DNA of 64,000 nt from Tolypothrix carrinoi HA7290-LM1. Its GTDB lineage: Bacteria; Cyanobacteriota; Cyanobacteriia; Cyanobacteriales; Nostocaceae. The stretch covers positions 1-64,000 of the forward strand of contig JAHHIK010000034.1 of NCBI GenBank assembly GCA_019358935.1. The letters are read 5' to 3'. Position numbers and translations under genes: made by a program. The notes under the pieces were generated by a model. The model was not told the origin of the DNA and did not search any database. It worked only from the letters and a program-made list of their open reading frames with translations. Positions 40,465 to 49,851 of this stretch are shown here, piece after piece. Within the stretch, counting starts at the first letter, position 1. Every line of letters starts with the position of its first letter.

Positions 40465-41574
40465 ATGCCTTTAACGATAGTCGTAAAAATTGGAACTTCC
40501 AGTCTCACCCAACCAGAAACCGGACTACTGGCGCTTTCCACGATTGCTAGCGTGGCGGAAACTCTTTCACAGTTGCGACGCGAAGGACATCGCGTAATTT
40601 TGGTTTCCTCTGGTGCTGTGGGGGTGGGTTGTGCGCGGTTGGGTTTAACCGAACGTCCGAAAGCGATCGCTCTCAAACAAGCTGTAGCCGCAGTTGGACA
40701 AGGTAGATTGATGCGTGTCTACGATGATTTATTTACTACCTTGCAACAGCCAATTGCTCAAGTTTTGCTAACTCGCAGCGATTTAGTACAGCGCAGCCGT
40801 TATCTAAATATCCTCAACACTTTCAAGGAATTATTGGAATTAGGGGTGATTCCGGTGGTGAATGAGAATGACACCGTAGCTGTAGAAGAATTGAAATTTG
40901 GTGATAATGACACTTTATCAGCTTTAGTTGCCAGTTTAGTCAAAGCAGATTGGCTATTTTTGCTAACTGATGTAGATCGCCTTTACACCGCCGATCCCCG
41001 TTCTGTACCGGATGCGAGTGCGATCGCTTTAGTTAATAGCATCGAAGAATTAAATAAATTACAAGTGCAAACAGGTACTCAAGGTTCTCAATGGGGTACT
41101 GGTGGGATGGTGACAAAAATTTCCGCTGCCAGAATTGCTACTACAGCGGGTGTTCGCACCGTAATTACTCAGGGAAAATATCCGAAAAATATAGAAAAAA
41201 TATTACAAGGTGAGTTAATTGGGACTCACTTTACACCGCAACCAGAACCAACGAGTGCCCGCAAACGCTGGATAGCTTATGGGCTTGTGCCTGCTGGGAA
41301 ATTGTATTTAGATGCGGGAGCGATCGCTGCAATTTCTCAAGGTGGGAAATCGTTGTTAGCTGCTGGTATAAAAACAGTAGAAGGTCAGTTTGACACTCAA
41401 GAAGCCGTGCAATTATGCGACAGCCAGGGTAACGAAATCGCTAGAGGACTGGTTAACTACAGCAGCGATGAACTACAAAAGATTCGCGGGTATCATTCGC
41501 GGGAAATTTCCACGATTTTAGGTTATGTCGGTGCTGAAACCGTCGTGCATCGAGATAATTTGGTTCTGACTTAG
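40465..41574 (+). CDS. proB: Glutamate 5-kinase
   Basis: [32 protein letters not shown] domain. Confidence 0.97.
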   Translation: MPLTIVVKIGTSSLTQPETGLLALSTIASVAETLSQLRREGHRVILVSSGAVGVGCARLGLTERPKAIALKQAVAAVGQGRLMRVYDDLFTTLQQPIAQVLLTRSDLVQRSRYLNILNTFKELLELGVIPVVNENDTVAVEELKFGDNDTLSALVASLVKADWLFLLTDVDRLYTADPRSVPDASAIALVNSIEELNKLQVQTGTQGSQWGTGGMVTKISAARIATTAGVRTVITQGKYPKNIEKILQGELIGTHFTPQPEPTSARKRWIAYGLVPAGKLYLDAGAIAAISQGGKSLLAAGIKTVEGQFDTQEAVQLCDSQGNEIARGLVNYSSDELQKIRGYHSREISTILGYVGAETVVHRDNLVLT

Positions 41575-41618
41575 GCATCCATGTAAATTTCGGCTTTTTT
41601 GCTGTTCGCGGACGAAAA

Positions 41619-42449
41619 TTATGATGCAGAACCGGAAAGGAAGCTTTCGATTGCGTCTGCGACTTCCTGCGTGACTTCGACAGAAGGTAGATGGCTCTTC
41701 GATGTCGATCTATAAATGTGATACCAGTGGTGTTTGTTTGCAAAAACTTCTTGTACTTCAAGATACTTGGTATCATCCGGTTGGGAATAAAGGTTCTTTA
41801 TTTGCGTTGGCGAGTAAATATTGAGCACTGTTGGAGCTGGAGCAAGTATCTCAAGAAAGCGCAAAGCACTGCCAAATTCTCTGTATGACCTGCCTATTTC
41901 TCGACCAGCGCGTGACCACATGTCGAAGTCGTAATTCGTCATAAACTCATCGAAGGGTTTGGCGAGGTTAGGAATACCTAACGACCAACCGGTGAATAAT
42001 GCGTCACGCGCACTTTGCCATTGATCGGGCTTTTGCATTTTATCCAAGGTCTCAAAGAATATCTGAGGCGGCTCAATAATGATCCACTCCAGAAAGACCA
42101 TCTTTGAAACGCGATGAACCAGCCTACGCCTTAGTTCAGTCGCTATCCATCCCGCGTGTGCTACTGAGACTGTGACAAATTCATTTATGTTAAGTGAATC
42201 TACAAGCTTAATAGTTTCACAGATCATATCTTCACTGCCAAAGTCTCCCTCTGGACGTTGCGATCCGTTATGTCCCAGTAAATCGACATTGATAACTCTT
42301 CGCTTTTTGCTTTCGACTTCCGCAAGTGCTGCCAAGATCCCCCGGTCAGCGCACCATCCAGGAAGCAAGAGTAAGGCAGGTTCGCCTGTTCCTATGTCGT
42401 CGAAGGCAAGTTTTAATTTTCCAGTTAGCCTATCCATACGTACTCCCAA
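41619..42449 (-). CDS. Alpha/beta-hydrolase-fold protein, HOD/QDO/AqdC-like
   Basis: LLLPGWC, SVAHAGW, FLEW, SHLP motifs. Confidence 0.75.
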   Translation of the reverse strand: MGVRMDRLTGKLKLAFDDIGTGEPALLLLPGWCADRGILAALAEVESKKRRVINVDLLGHNGSQRPEGDFGSEDMICETIKLVDSLNINEFVTVSVAHAGWIATELRRRLVHRVSKMVFLEWIIIEPPQIFFETLDKMQKPDQWQSARDALFTGWSLGIPNLAKPFDEFMTNYDFDMWSRAGREIGRSYREFGSALRFLEILAPAPTVLNIYSPTQIKNLYSQPDDTKYLEVQEVFANKHHWYHIYRSTSKSHLPSVEVTQEVADAIESFLSGSAS

Positions 42450-42531
42450 TACAGTTGTGTCATAAAAACTTTTTCAGGACAAAACATCCACTTTGAGCAG
42501 AGCTTGGGTTTCGCGCTTTGTCGGCATTACA

Positions 42532-42972
42532 TTAATAGAATGTCCACAGACCTGGAGTGATCAATTCAAGGAGGTGCTCATCCGGGTCTCTGAAATACAG
42601 GCTCCAACCGCCCCGTTCCCAATGAACCTTGCTGTTAATCGCTATACCTCTAGAAGCCAGCCTTTGTTCCCAAAACTCAAGGTCAGACGCCGCAATTGAG
42701 AATGCCACATGCAAGCGACCACTCCCACCATGAGGAGGAATCACCCCTTCTACCGTACCGACGGGAGACGTTGCCCGACCCGGCTCTTGAGCGATGCTTT
42801 TGGGGAACAGGATGAGGGCTTGTCGGTTGGGCACCCGGAGCACACAGATCATCTCATCCGCGATCTCTTTTTCAAATCCGAATAAGTCTTCGTAGAACTC
42901 AACCGAGTGTGCCAAGTTCTGGACATATAGCACGGATTCAACAATGCCATTGACGGCTTGCTTCTGAGTCAT
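42532..42972 (-). CDS. VOC/glyoxalase family protein
   Basis: ESVLYV, HVAF, SLYFRDPDEHLLEL. Confidence 0.9.
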   Translation of the reverse strand: MTQKQAVNGIVESVLYVQNLAHSVEFYEDLFGFEKEIADEMICVLRVPNRQALILFPKSIAQEPGRATSPVGTVEGVIPPHGGSGRLHVAFSIAASDLEFWEQRLASRGIAINSKVHWERGGWSLYFRDPDEHLLELITPGLWTFY

Positions 42973-43200
42973 AAAACATAACCTCTTCAAGAGTAGCTAG
43001 TATTCTCCAGAAAATTATATCTTTAAATATTTAGACGTTAAACTATTTATTATCTAAATTATAACTAAAGGAATATTGAGCGCTAAAATATCAATGGTTG
43101 AACTCGTCGCTCTACTCACTCTCTTAAATTGCTAGAGTGTTGTTCTTGGGTGGTTGAACAGTTCGAGATCACTCAGTCGTAAGCAACTTACTCAATAGCG

Positions 43201-43698
43201 ATGAACAAAGCAGATACGATTAGACAAGTAGCGCTCGACTGGAAAGTGACGCGACCGGAAATCGATCCACGCCCGATGGTGCGAGTGCTGGCAGTGCTTC
43301 GTTCAGCCCTAGAACTCGAAAAGGCGACTGAAAAGCTGTTTGCCCGGTATGACTTGAACACGGCAACGTTTGGAGTCCTCGCTACTCTGCGCCGTTCTTC
43401 TGAGTCGGAGGGGATGACCCTTTCTCAATTAGCTCAATTTGTCCTGGTAACACCAGCTTCCATCACCAATCGCGTTGATCGTTTGGAAGCACGGGGTTTA
43501 GTCGAGCGCTATGATGCCACGAATGATCGACGGTGTTGGTTAGTGCGTCTGACTCAGAAGGGATATGACCTCATTGATGAACTGATTCCGCAACATGTGG
43601 AGAATGAGCAAAAGCTGCTTTCTGGTTTAAATGAGCAGGAACAGGAGCAACTTTATTTCCTGCTACTCAAGCTACTCGCAGGTCTAGAGGATAACTAA
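43201..43698 (+). CDS. MarR family regulator
   Basis: VLATLRR, TNRVDRLEARGLVER, DRR..VRLT..G. Confidence 0.93.
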   Translation: MNKADTIRQVALDWKVTRPEIDPRPMVRVLAVLRSALELEKATEKLFARYDLNTATFGVLATLRRSSESEGMTLSQLAQFVLVTPASITNRVDRLEARGLVERYDATNDRRCWLVRLTQKGYDLIDELIPQHVENEQKLLSGLNEQEQEQLYFLLLKLLAGLEDN

Positions 43699-43966
43699 AA
43701 AGTCGTATTATACATAGCTTTTGTGGCAAAGACAATGATTTCGCACGATCGCACCAAGCACTCAATTTGGGATAGTTACTCAAGAACATGTGCCCTCGCC
43801 GCAACAAGGATACAATTATTACTTGCATATTCCATACTGTAAGCGATCGCTAATCTCAAAATCACGACAAAAAAGCGATCGCCTTCTTCCACCAAGCTAT
43901 GATTCCTCAACAGCTTGTTAGCTTTAGTTAATTCTTCGTTTAAGTTACGCTGACTTTACTAATGTA

Positions 43967-44134
43967 TCAAGCCATCTCCTCACGCAACGCTTCTAAAAAC
44001 ATAGAATCATTAGTGATATCAGAGATTTCATCCTCATCTAGGTTTTCTAGCTTGAGATGTTCCTGGTATGCATTGATTCGATAGTTCAAAGCCTCAATAA
44101 TAAACCAGATTGCTTTAGTAGGCGACAGTTCCAC
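43967..44134 (-). CDS. Small acidic hypothetical protein (55 aa, GTG start)
   Basis: MELSPTKAIWFIIEALNYRINAYQEHLKLENLDEDEISDITNDSMFLEALREEMA; AAAGAGG upstream. Confidence 0.55.
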   Translation of the reverse strand: MELSPTKAIWFIIEALNYRINAYQEHLKLENLDEDEISDITNDSMFLEALREEMA

Positions 44135-44198
44135 ATAATGGTTCCTCTTTAACTAACTTTCTCAAATAATGTATTTATCTGTCGAAGCGCAGCTTTAT

Positions 44199-44537
44199 TC
44201 AATCCAGCCCTAAATGTAGCTTCAAAGCAGCATCAATTAATTGCATCAACTCCTCGCTTAAACTACCCAGCACTTCTCCAACAATCCTTTGCTTAGAAAT
44301 TGTTCGCACCTGTTGCGCTTGCACCTTAGAAGGTTTGGGTAAACCACTGTCCTCTGAATTCAGCAAAACCTCGAAGGGATAGATACGGCTGACATTAGAC
44401 GTTATTGGTAAAATCGTCAGCGTACTAGCAGCATGGTTATTCGCATCATTGCTTACCACCAGCACTCTTCCGCGTTTATCCATTTGAGATCCGACCACAG
44501 GGCTAAGGTTCGCATAGTAAATTTCACCACGTTTCAT
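44199..44537 (-). CDS. MazF/PemK family toxin, active-site motif apparently degenerate
   Basis: MKRGEIYYANL..VLVVSND..ILPITS..QVRTISKQR. Confidence 0.88.
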   Translation of the reverse strand: MKRGEIYYANLSPVVGSQMDKRGRVLVVSNDANNHAASTLTILPITSNVSRIYPFEVLLNSEDSGLPKPSKVQAQQVRTISKQRIVGEVLGSLSEELMQLIDAALKLHLGLD

Positions 44538-45094
44538 CTGTCAACCCATCCGCAAGCGTCACATCCCAATCTGAATCAACTTCTCTAGAAGCCTCTCGGT
44601 AAGCTTCCTCTAGTTCTCGATTTCGCAATAATTCCACCGCTTCCTCAATCACTTGAGAGCGAGATTTGCACCCTTTAGCTAGTTTGTAATTCTCAATAAA
44701 CTTCACCACGGACTGTGTTGACACTCTCCGCCCTAAAAGTGCGGAGATTCTTGCTTCATCCGTCCTCTCTAGATACCTAAATGCAGGCATTTAGACATCC
44801 CCGTTTGGATACGTCCACAAGCTTACACGGACTGCCCGACCGCGTTTGAAAAGGTTTATTCAATTTCTTGCTTTACTCCCACGTTTGTACAAGATTCAGG
44901 ATTTTTACTACCAGGGTTCTGGATCAGGAGTTGTCCACTAGACCTACTTCGTTTTTTATGTGCGCTTTACCGCTATATTTCCATAGTCGCACAATACTGC
45001 GTTTTTGTCCCTAGTTTTTTAAAGTCGTCCTAGAAGGACGAGGCTTTAAACCCATTTTTTTCGGTAAAGAAATTGATATCTTTTCAACGTGCAT
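44524..45094 (-). pseudogene. RHH antitoxin (74 aa) split by a 346-bp insertion
   Basis: MHVEKISISL-P|QSVVKFIENYK..SRSQVIEEA..LEEAYREA is restored exactly on removal of 44718-45063. Confidence 0.9.
44718..45063 (-). mobile_element. Non-autonomous IS200/IS605 derivative (PATE-like), 346 bp
   Basis: Inserted 3' of TTAC with no TSD; left hairpin AAAGCCTCGTCCTTCTAGGACGACTTT; right hairpin CTCCGCAC-TTTTA-GGGCGGAG and terminal TCAA. Confidence 0.92.
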
Positions 45095-45169
45095 AGTATG
45101 ACTATTTGGTAATCATAAATATTCTTACTAAATGGTAGCACTGCAAACAATAGTGTTAACTTAGATTAC

Positions 45170-45188
45170 CGATATATCGCGATATGTC
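45170..45188. promoter_or_regulatory. Putative PadR autoregulatory operator CGATATATCG
   Basis: Perfect 10-bp palindrome plus a degenerate adjacent copy, about 45 bp upstream of the PadR gene. Confidence 0.5.
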
Positions 45189-45225
45189 TATAATGAAATT
45201 ACAAGCACATTGAGAGAAAACTTCT

Positions 45226-45783
45226 ATGTTTTTAGGACTTCATAGACACCGCCACTTTTTTGAATCTGGATACGACGATATGCCACCAAAAGGACGGCAT
45301 CATCACCACGGTCGCGGTAAAAGACGAGATTGGGGAGATGAGCGGCGGACTCCGCGTGGTGACATTAAATACATATTGCTGGAGTTACTTGCAGAGGAAC
45401 CCCGGCATGGATACGAGTTGATTAAAGAATTAGAAGCGCGTTACGGTGGCTTCTGGAAACCTAGCCCAGGCTCAGTTTACCCCACTCTCCAACTACTTGA
45501 AGAAGGAGGTTATCTGACCTCTGAACAGATAGAAGGAAGAAAAGTATATACAATTACTGAGACTGGCAGAGAATTACTTAGCGAACGTGGCGTTCGCGCA
45601 CCTTGGATGGACAGGGGAAACAGACCCGAACAGCTAATCGAATTAAAAGAGGCGATCGCACAGGTTGGTGCAGCAGTAATGCAAGTTGCTCGCAATAACA
45701 ATGCCGATAAAGTGACCAGAGTACGCGAAATTCTCAACCGAGTCAAACGCGAAATTTACAGCATCCTAGCAGAAGAAGAGTAA
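45226..45783 (+). CDS. PadR family regulator with a His-rich N-terminus
   Basis: RGDIKYILL, HGYELIK, PSPGSVYPTL, RKVYTIT. Confidence 0.93.
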   Translation: MFLGLHRHRHFFESGYDDMPPKGRHHHHGRGKRRDWGDERRTPRGDIKYILLELLAEEPRHGYELIKELEARYGGFWKPSPGSVYPTLQLLEEGGYLTSEQIEGRKVYTITETGRELLSERGVRAPWMDRGNRPEQLIELKEAIAQVGAAVMQVARNNNADKVTRVREILNRVKREIYSILAEEE

Positions 45784-45862
45784 AAAGTTAGGAGGAGCGG
45801 TAGAGACGTTCCAATGGAACGTCTGTACGGGAGTGAAAAGTTAGGAGGCGCGGAGTTAGGAG

Positions 45863-46009
45863 TTATACCATTTCCCTATAAAGATGAAGCTCAAATTAGC
45901 CCGCCTAATCGCGGGCTTGGTTCTTGTAGCCCCAGGCTTCGGTGCCTGTTCGCGCAGCGTGCGCTTGGCGCAGGGCAATAAAACACAAGATCATAGAGAA
46001 TTGGTATAA
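45863..46009. mobile_element. ~147-bp MITE-like element with TIR TTATACCATTTCCCTAT/ATAGAGAATTGGTATAA
   Basis: Imperfect 17-bp terminal inverted repeats inside an STRR tract. Confidence 0.6.
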
Positions 46010-46109
46010 CTCACAACTCCAAACTACCGTACAGACGTTCGGTGTGGAACGTCTCTACCGCTTTTCCCAACTCCAAACTCCGCTCCTCATAACTCCTAAC
46101 TTCCAACTC

Positions 46110-47174
46110 TTAAAGTGCTTCCGGGGGAGCAATATCAGATCCGACACTGACACCAGAACTACTAGACCTAAGTCCGGGTGTAGTAGTTGGTTCCATTCGT
46201 TGCGATGATTGAGAAGCTGATGATGGCGTAACGTCATCTGGAATCACCGCTCTGTCGGAATTTGCTTGCTGAGACATCACAGATAATCCTCCGACAGCTC
46301 CAGCAACCAAAGCTGTATAGCCGACATACAAATGCACGGGACGTATATTTAATCCCAATCCTGGGGAACTATTTTTCAGCTTAGAACTGATGGGTACAAT
46401 TGCTTTTGCGATCTCAGGTGCAGGTAAATCAGCAATTAAACTTGTGCCATTGAGTCCCAAAGCATTTCCCATCACGCGGATAAAGCCACGCAGATAGACA
46501 TCTTCTGGCAATAACTCAATGTTGCCATTCTCTATTGCTTCCATATGATATATGGGGATGTGAGTGTAAACCTTAAGTTGCTCAAGAGAAAGACCTTGAG
46601 CAAATCGCGCTTGGCGTAATTGTTGACCGATTTTTTGCAGAGTTTCTATGCGTTGTTCGGCTGCAAGTTGCTTGGCTATTTCTGCTTTGGAAGGTTTAAG
46701 CGTGCGTTTGAGCCAATGCGTTGGTTTTTTGGCGTTCTTTTTATCTTCTTTAGCTTTCACGGAATTATCGGCTACCTTATCAGGCGAACGCAAATTTTCT
46801 TCATTAGTATTTGTCTCTGGATTGTTTGTGTTTAATTTAACAGTACTTAAGCACTGCGATAAGTCGTTATTTTCTGGTTCAGTAGATGGTGCAGCAGTTA
46901 GCTTTTCTTGATTATCTGTAACTTTTGGTTGCTGTGTTGTAAATTGCTGAAATGATAAAGCGATCGCTTCTCTGCTAATAGCTTTAAACAACACCTTAGC
47001 TTGTTCAGATGAAGGACCTAGCAAATTTTGTAACGTAGCCAAAGCATTGCGATAAACTTTACTGCGGTGCAATTTCGTTTCTATTTGACCTAGAAGCGAT
47101 CGCAAATCATCTTGAGAAATTTGAATAGAAGAATTTCCCGGAATTGTTAATAAATATACTGGTGTGGTAGTCAT
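46110..47174 (-). CDS. HTH_25 (RodZ-like HTH) domain membrane-anchored protein
   Basis: IGQQLRQAR..EAIENG..LPEDVYLRGFIR plus a C-terminal TM segment. Confidence 0.8.
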   Translation of the reverse strand: MTTTPVYLLTIPGNSSIQISQDDLRSLLGQIETKLHRSKVYRNALATLQNLLGPSSEQAKVLFKAISREAIALSFQQFTTQQPKVTDNQEKLTAAPSTEPENNDLSQCLSTVKLNTNNPETNTNEENLRSPDKVADNSVKAKEDKKNAKKPTHWLKRTLKPSKAEIAKQLAAEQRIETLQKIGQQLRQARFAQGLSLEQLKVYTHIPIYHMEAIENGNIELLPEDVYLRGFIRVMGNALGLNGTSLIADLPAPEIAKAIVPISSKLKNSSPGLGLNIRPVHLYVGYTALVAGAVGGLSVMSQQANSDRAVIPDDVTPSSASQSSQRMEPTTTPGLRSSSSGVSVGSDIAPPEAL

Positions 47175-47732
47175 ATTTTAAGCCTCTGCCAATCGCTCAA
47201 TAAAGTGGTTTTACATGTGTAATTTCTTCGATGCTTTCATACCCAATCCGGACGGTTAAGTATCAATTTTCTACCGTCATCAACAAAGCTGTAAAAATTT
47301 TTGCTATGCTCATGATTTCTTTAGTCTTTTAAAGCCTTACGCCTTCAAGACTAGAGTTTTCTCTCAGTATTGAGCCAGTCGCGAAAAACAGCAGATGCTC
47401 CAGACTAAATATTGCATCTAAGTACGAAAGTATTTCTTGACAAATACTGTTATTGTTGTTACTTTAATTTAAGTATTATGATGAACTGCTAATTTGAAAT
47501 CATAAATTTTTTCTAAGTAAAGTTGTTAAATTCAAGTTAAATATGTATCTATCTAAAGATAGAATGGGCACGCTCGCATTGGTAATTGGTAATTGGTAAT
47601 TGTCCCCCTGCTCCCCCTTGTCCACGCCAGTCGCCTCAACGGAGGGGGGACCTCCGCACGGAGAAAAGCTCCCCTTGTCTCCCTGCTAGAGTGCCCCCTG
47701 CTAGAGTGCCCCCTGCTAGAGTGCTCCCCCTC

Positions 47733-48623
47733 TTATTTAAGAGCTTGCACTTTTTCGACAAAAGACTGCACCCATCGCAGATATTGCAAGCCGGCAACAT
47801 CTGCTGTGTTGTTATGTTCTGCACCGGGAACCAAAATCAGTTTTTTTGGTGCTGGTGCAGCAGCATACAGATTTTCACTCATGAAAGCCGGTATAGTGGA
47901 ATCGGCTGTGCCGTGAATGAATAAAACTGGCATTTTCAAGCGTGGTACTTTTTTAATCGATTCAAACCGCTGTGTCAGAATCAAATTGACGGGAAACATG
48001 GAAAACATGTTCCTGGCAGTTACTAACTGCTGAATCGAGGTAAAAGAGTTTTCGACAATCAAACCGGCAGCGTCTGGGTGTTTAACTGCCAAATCAATGG
48101 CTATTGCTCCTCCTAGAGAATGTCCGTAGATATAAATTTCTTTTTGGGGAATCTGTCGCTGCTGCACCAAGTAATTCCAAGCTGTAGCAGCATCTTGATA
48201 AACCCGCATTTCGTTGGGAAAACTGCCTTCACTGCGACCATAACCGCGATAATCAATCAGCAAAACCGAAAATCCTAGTTGATGAAACCGATTAGCATGA
48301 GCTACATTGGCTCCAATATTGATACCGTTTCCATGCAAATACAGCAAAACCTTAGGGTTGAGTTGGTTTGCTTTTATCCACCAACCGTGGATGTGTTCCA
48401 CCTTACCAAATTTGGCTGGTACGGGTAGCCAAACTTCCTCGTAAGGAAGCCCAAAAGATTCTGGTGTCTTTTCGATAACAGAAGAAGGAAAGAAAATGAA
48501 CCGAGGTTGTTGAAAATAAAGATATAAGCAAATAGTACAGTAGGCGATCGCCGCAACTACTCCCAGGCAAAATAGTAATTTGAATAACATTTGTATTATA
48601 AGTTTCCGTTTTTTTCTTTCCAT
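47733..48623 (-). CDS. Alpha/beta hydrolase
   Basis: LHGNG, DYRGYG, GHSLGG, IHGTAD, AEHNN. Confidence 0.9.
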   Translation of the reverse strand: MERKKRKLIIQMLFKLLFCLGVVAAIAYCTICLYLYFQQPRFIFFPSSVIEKTPESFGLPYEEVWLPVPAKFGKVEHIHGWWIKANQLNPKVLLYLHGNGINIGANVAHANRFHQLGFSVLLIDYRGYGRSEGSFPNEMRVYQDAATAWNYLVQQRQIPQKEIYIYGHSLGGAIAIDLAVKHPDAAGLIVENSFTSIQQLVTARNMFSMFPVNLILTQRFESIKKVPRLKMPVLFIHGTADSTIPAFMSENLYAAAPAPKKLILVPGAEHNNTADVAGLQYLRWVQSFVEKVQALK

Positions 48624-48791
48624 GTACGCTATTTTATATTTTGAAAGGTATTTATAAATACAATAGTCATTGTCTAACTGGATGCATTAATATGTTAAAA
48701 TTATGATTTTATTATAATGCAACTTATTTTTAATAAGTTTACAAATAAGTAAGATTGTATACATGTGTTTAAGTAGTTTCTCTCTTTAAGA

Positions 48792-49619
48792 ATGATAATG
48801 AGTGGATATCAGGAGAAGGCTGTGACACTTTTCAATGAGCCTCAACAAGAGCAACTCAAGGAAATAGGTGCATATTTAGGGCAAGTTCGACAAGAAAAAT
48901 CCATACGTGTAGAAGAAATAGCTGCTAAAACTTTGATTCGACAAACTTTTTTAGAAGCTTTAGAAGAAGGGCGATTTGAAGATTTGCCCGAACCTATTTA
49001 TGTGCAAGGATTTATTCGTCGCTATGGAGATATTTTAGGGTTAGATGGTACTTCTTTAGCACGTTCTTTTGCGATTAATTTTTTCCTTTTTGACTCGGAA
49101 AATGATAGTAGCAATGTAGAGAAAAAACCAAATCTATACATACCTCTGGCAGTACCTTATATCCTCTTATTAGCAGCAGCTTCTTTTGGATTGTTTTATA
49201 TACTCAATCCGCGTCGTCCAACTCAGCCAGTTAGTCAGAAACAAAACTCCTCAATTGTAGCCAAACAAAAAACAGCACCTATCCCTTCATCAGCCAAACC
49301 AAAAACATTATCTTCATCGATCGCATCTACGCCAACTTCCACAGCATCTCCAAACCCCGACGCAAATTCAACAGTTGAAGTAACCTTAGAACTTCAAGAC
49401 AAATCATGGGTACAAGTAAAAGAGGATGGTAAGACTGCATTTGAGGGAAATTTAGAAAAGGGAGAGCGAAAAACCTGGACAGCAAAAAAACAGTTAACTA
49501 TACGCTCTGGTAATGCAGGTGCTGTATTAGTAACTGCGAATAAAAAGGAACCCCAAATTTTAGGAAATGTTGGCGCAATCAAGGAAGTTACTTTTACCCC
49601 AGAAGTCAATGGTCAATAG
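48792..49619 (+). CDS. rodZ: RodZ family protein (HTH + TM + DUF4115)
   Basis: IGAYLGQVR..LPEPIYVQGFIRRY, TM, SWVQV..DG, IRSGNAG. Confidence 0.8.
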   Translation: MIMSGYQEKAVTLFNEPQQEQLKEIGAYLGQVRQEKSIRVEEIAAKTLIRQTFLEALEEGRFEDLPEPIYVQGFIRRYGDILGLDGTSLARSFAINFFLFDSENDSSNVEKKPNLYIPLAVPYILLLAAASFGLFYILNPRRPTQPVSQKQNSSIVAKQKTAPIPSSAKPKTLSSSIASTPTSTASPNPDANSTVEVTLELQDKSWVQVKEDGKTAFEGNLEKGERKTWTAKKQLTIRSGNAGAVLVTANKKEPQILGNVGAIKEVTFTPEVNGQ

Positions 49620-49689
49620 TCAGGAGTCAGGAGGCGCGGAGTTAGGAGTTAGGAGTCAATAGTTCAAAACCTAGAACCAATGACCCATG

Positions 49690-49780
49690 ACGGCAGATGC
49701 GTGACTGTCGGCAGATCCGACGGCAGGTGCTTCAACGGAGGGAACCTCCGCAACGCACTGCCTCCCCAACGCACTGCCTC
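49690..49780. repeat. Nested pair of ~45-bp hairpin elements
   Basis: Inner copy 49720-49764 lies inside outer ACGGCAG...CTGCCTC. Confidence 0.75.
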
Positions 49781-49851
49781 CCCCATGCCCCATGCCCCAT
49801 GCCCCATGCCCCATGCCCCATGCCCAATGCCCAATGCCCAATGCCCAATAA

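Noticed and set aside
44718..45063. Group I intron (IStron) interpretation of the insertion
   Set aside because: Could not identify P7 core motifs, and the element ends in A rather than the terminal G expected; kept only as an RT-PCR check.
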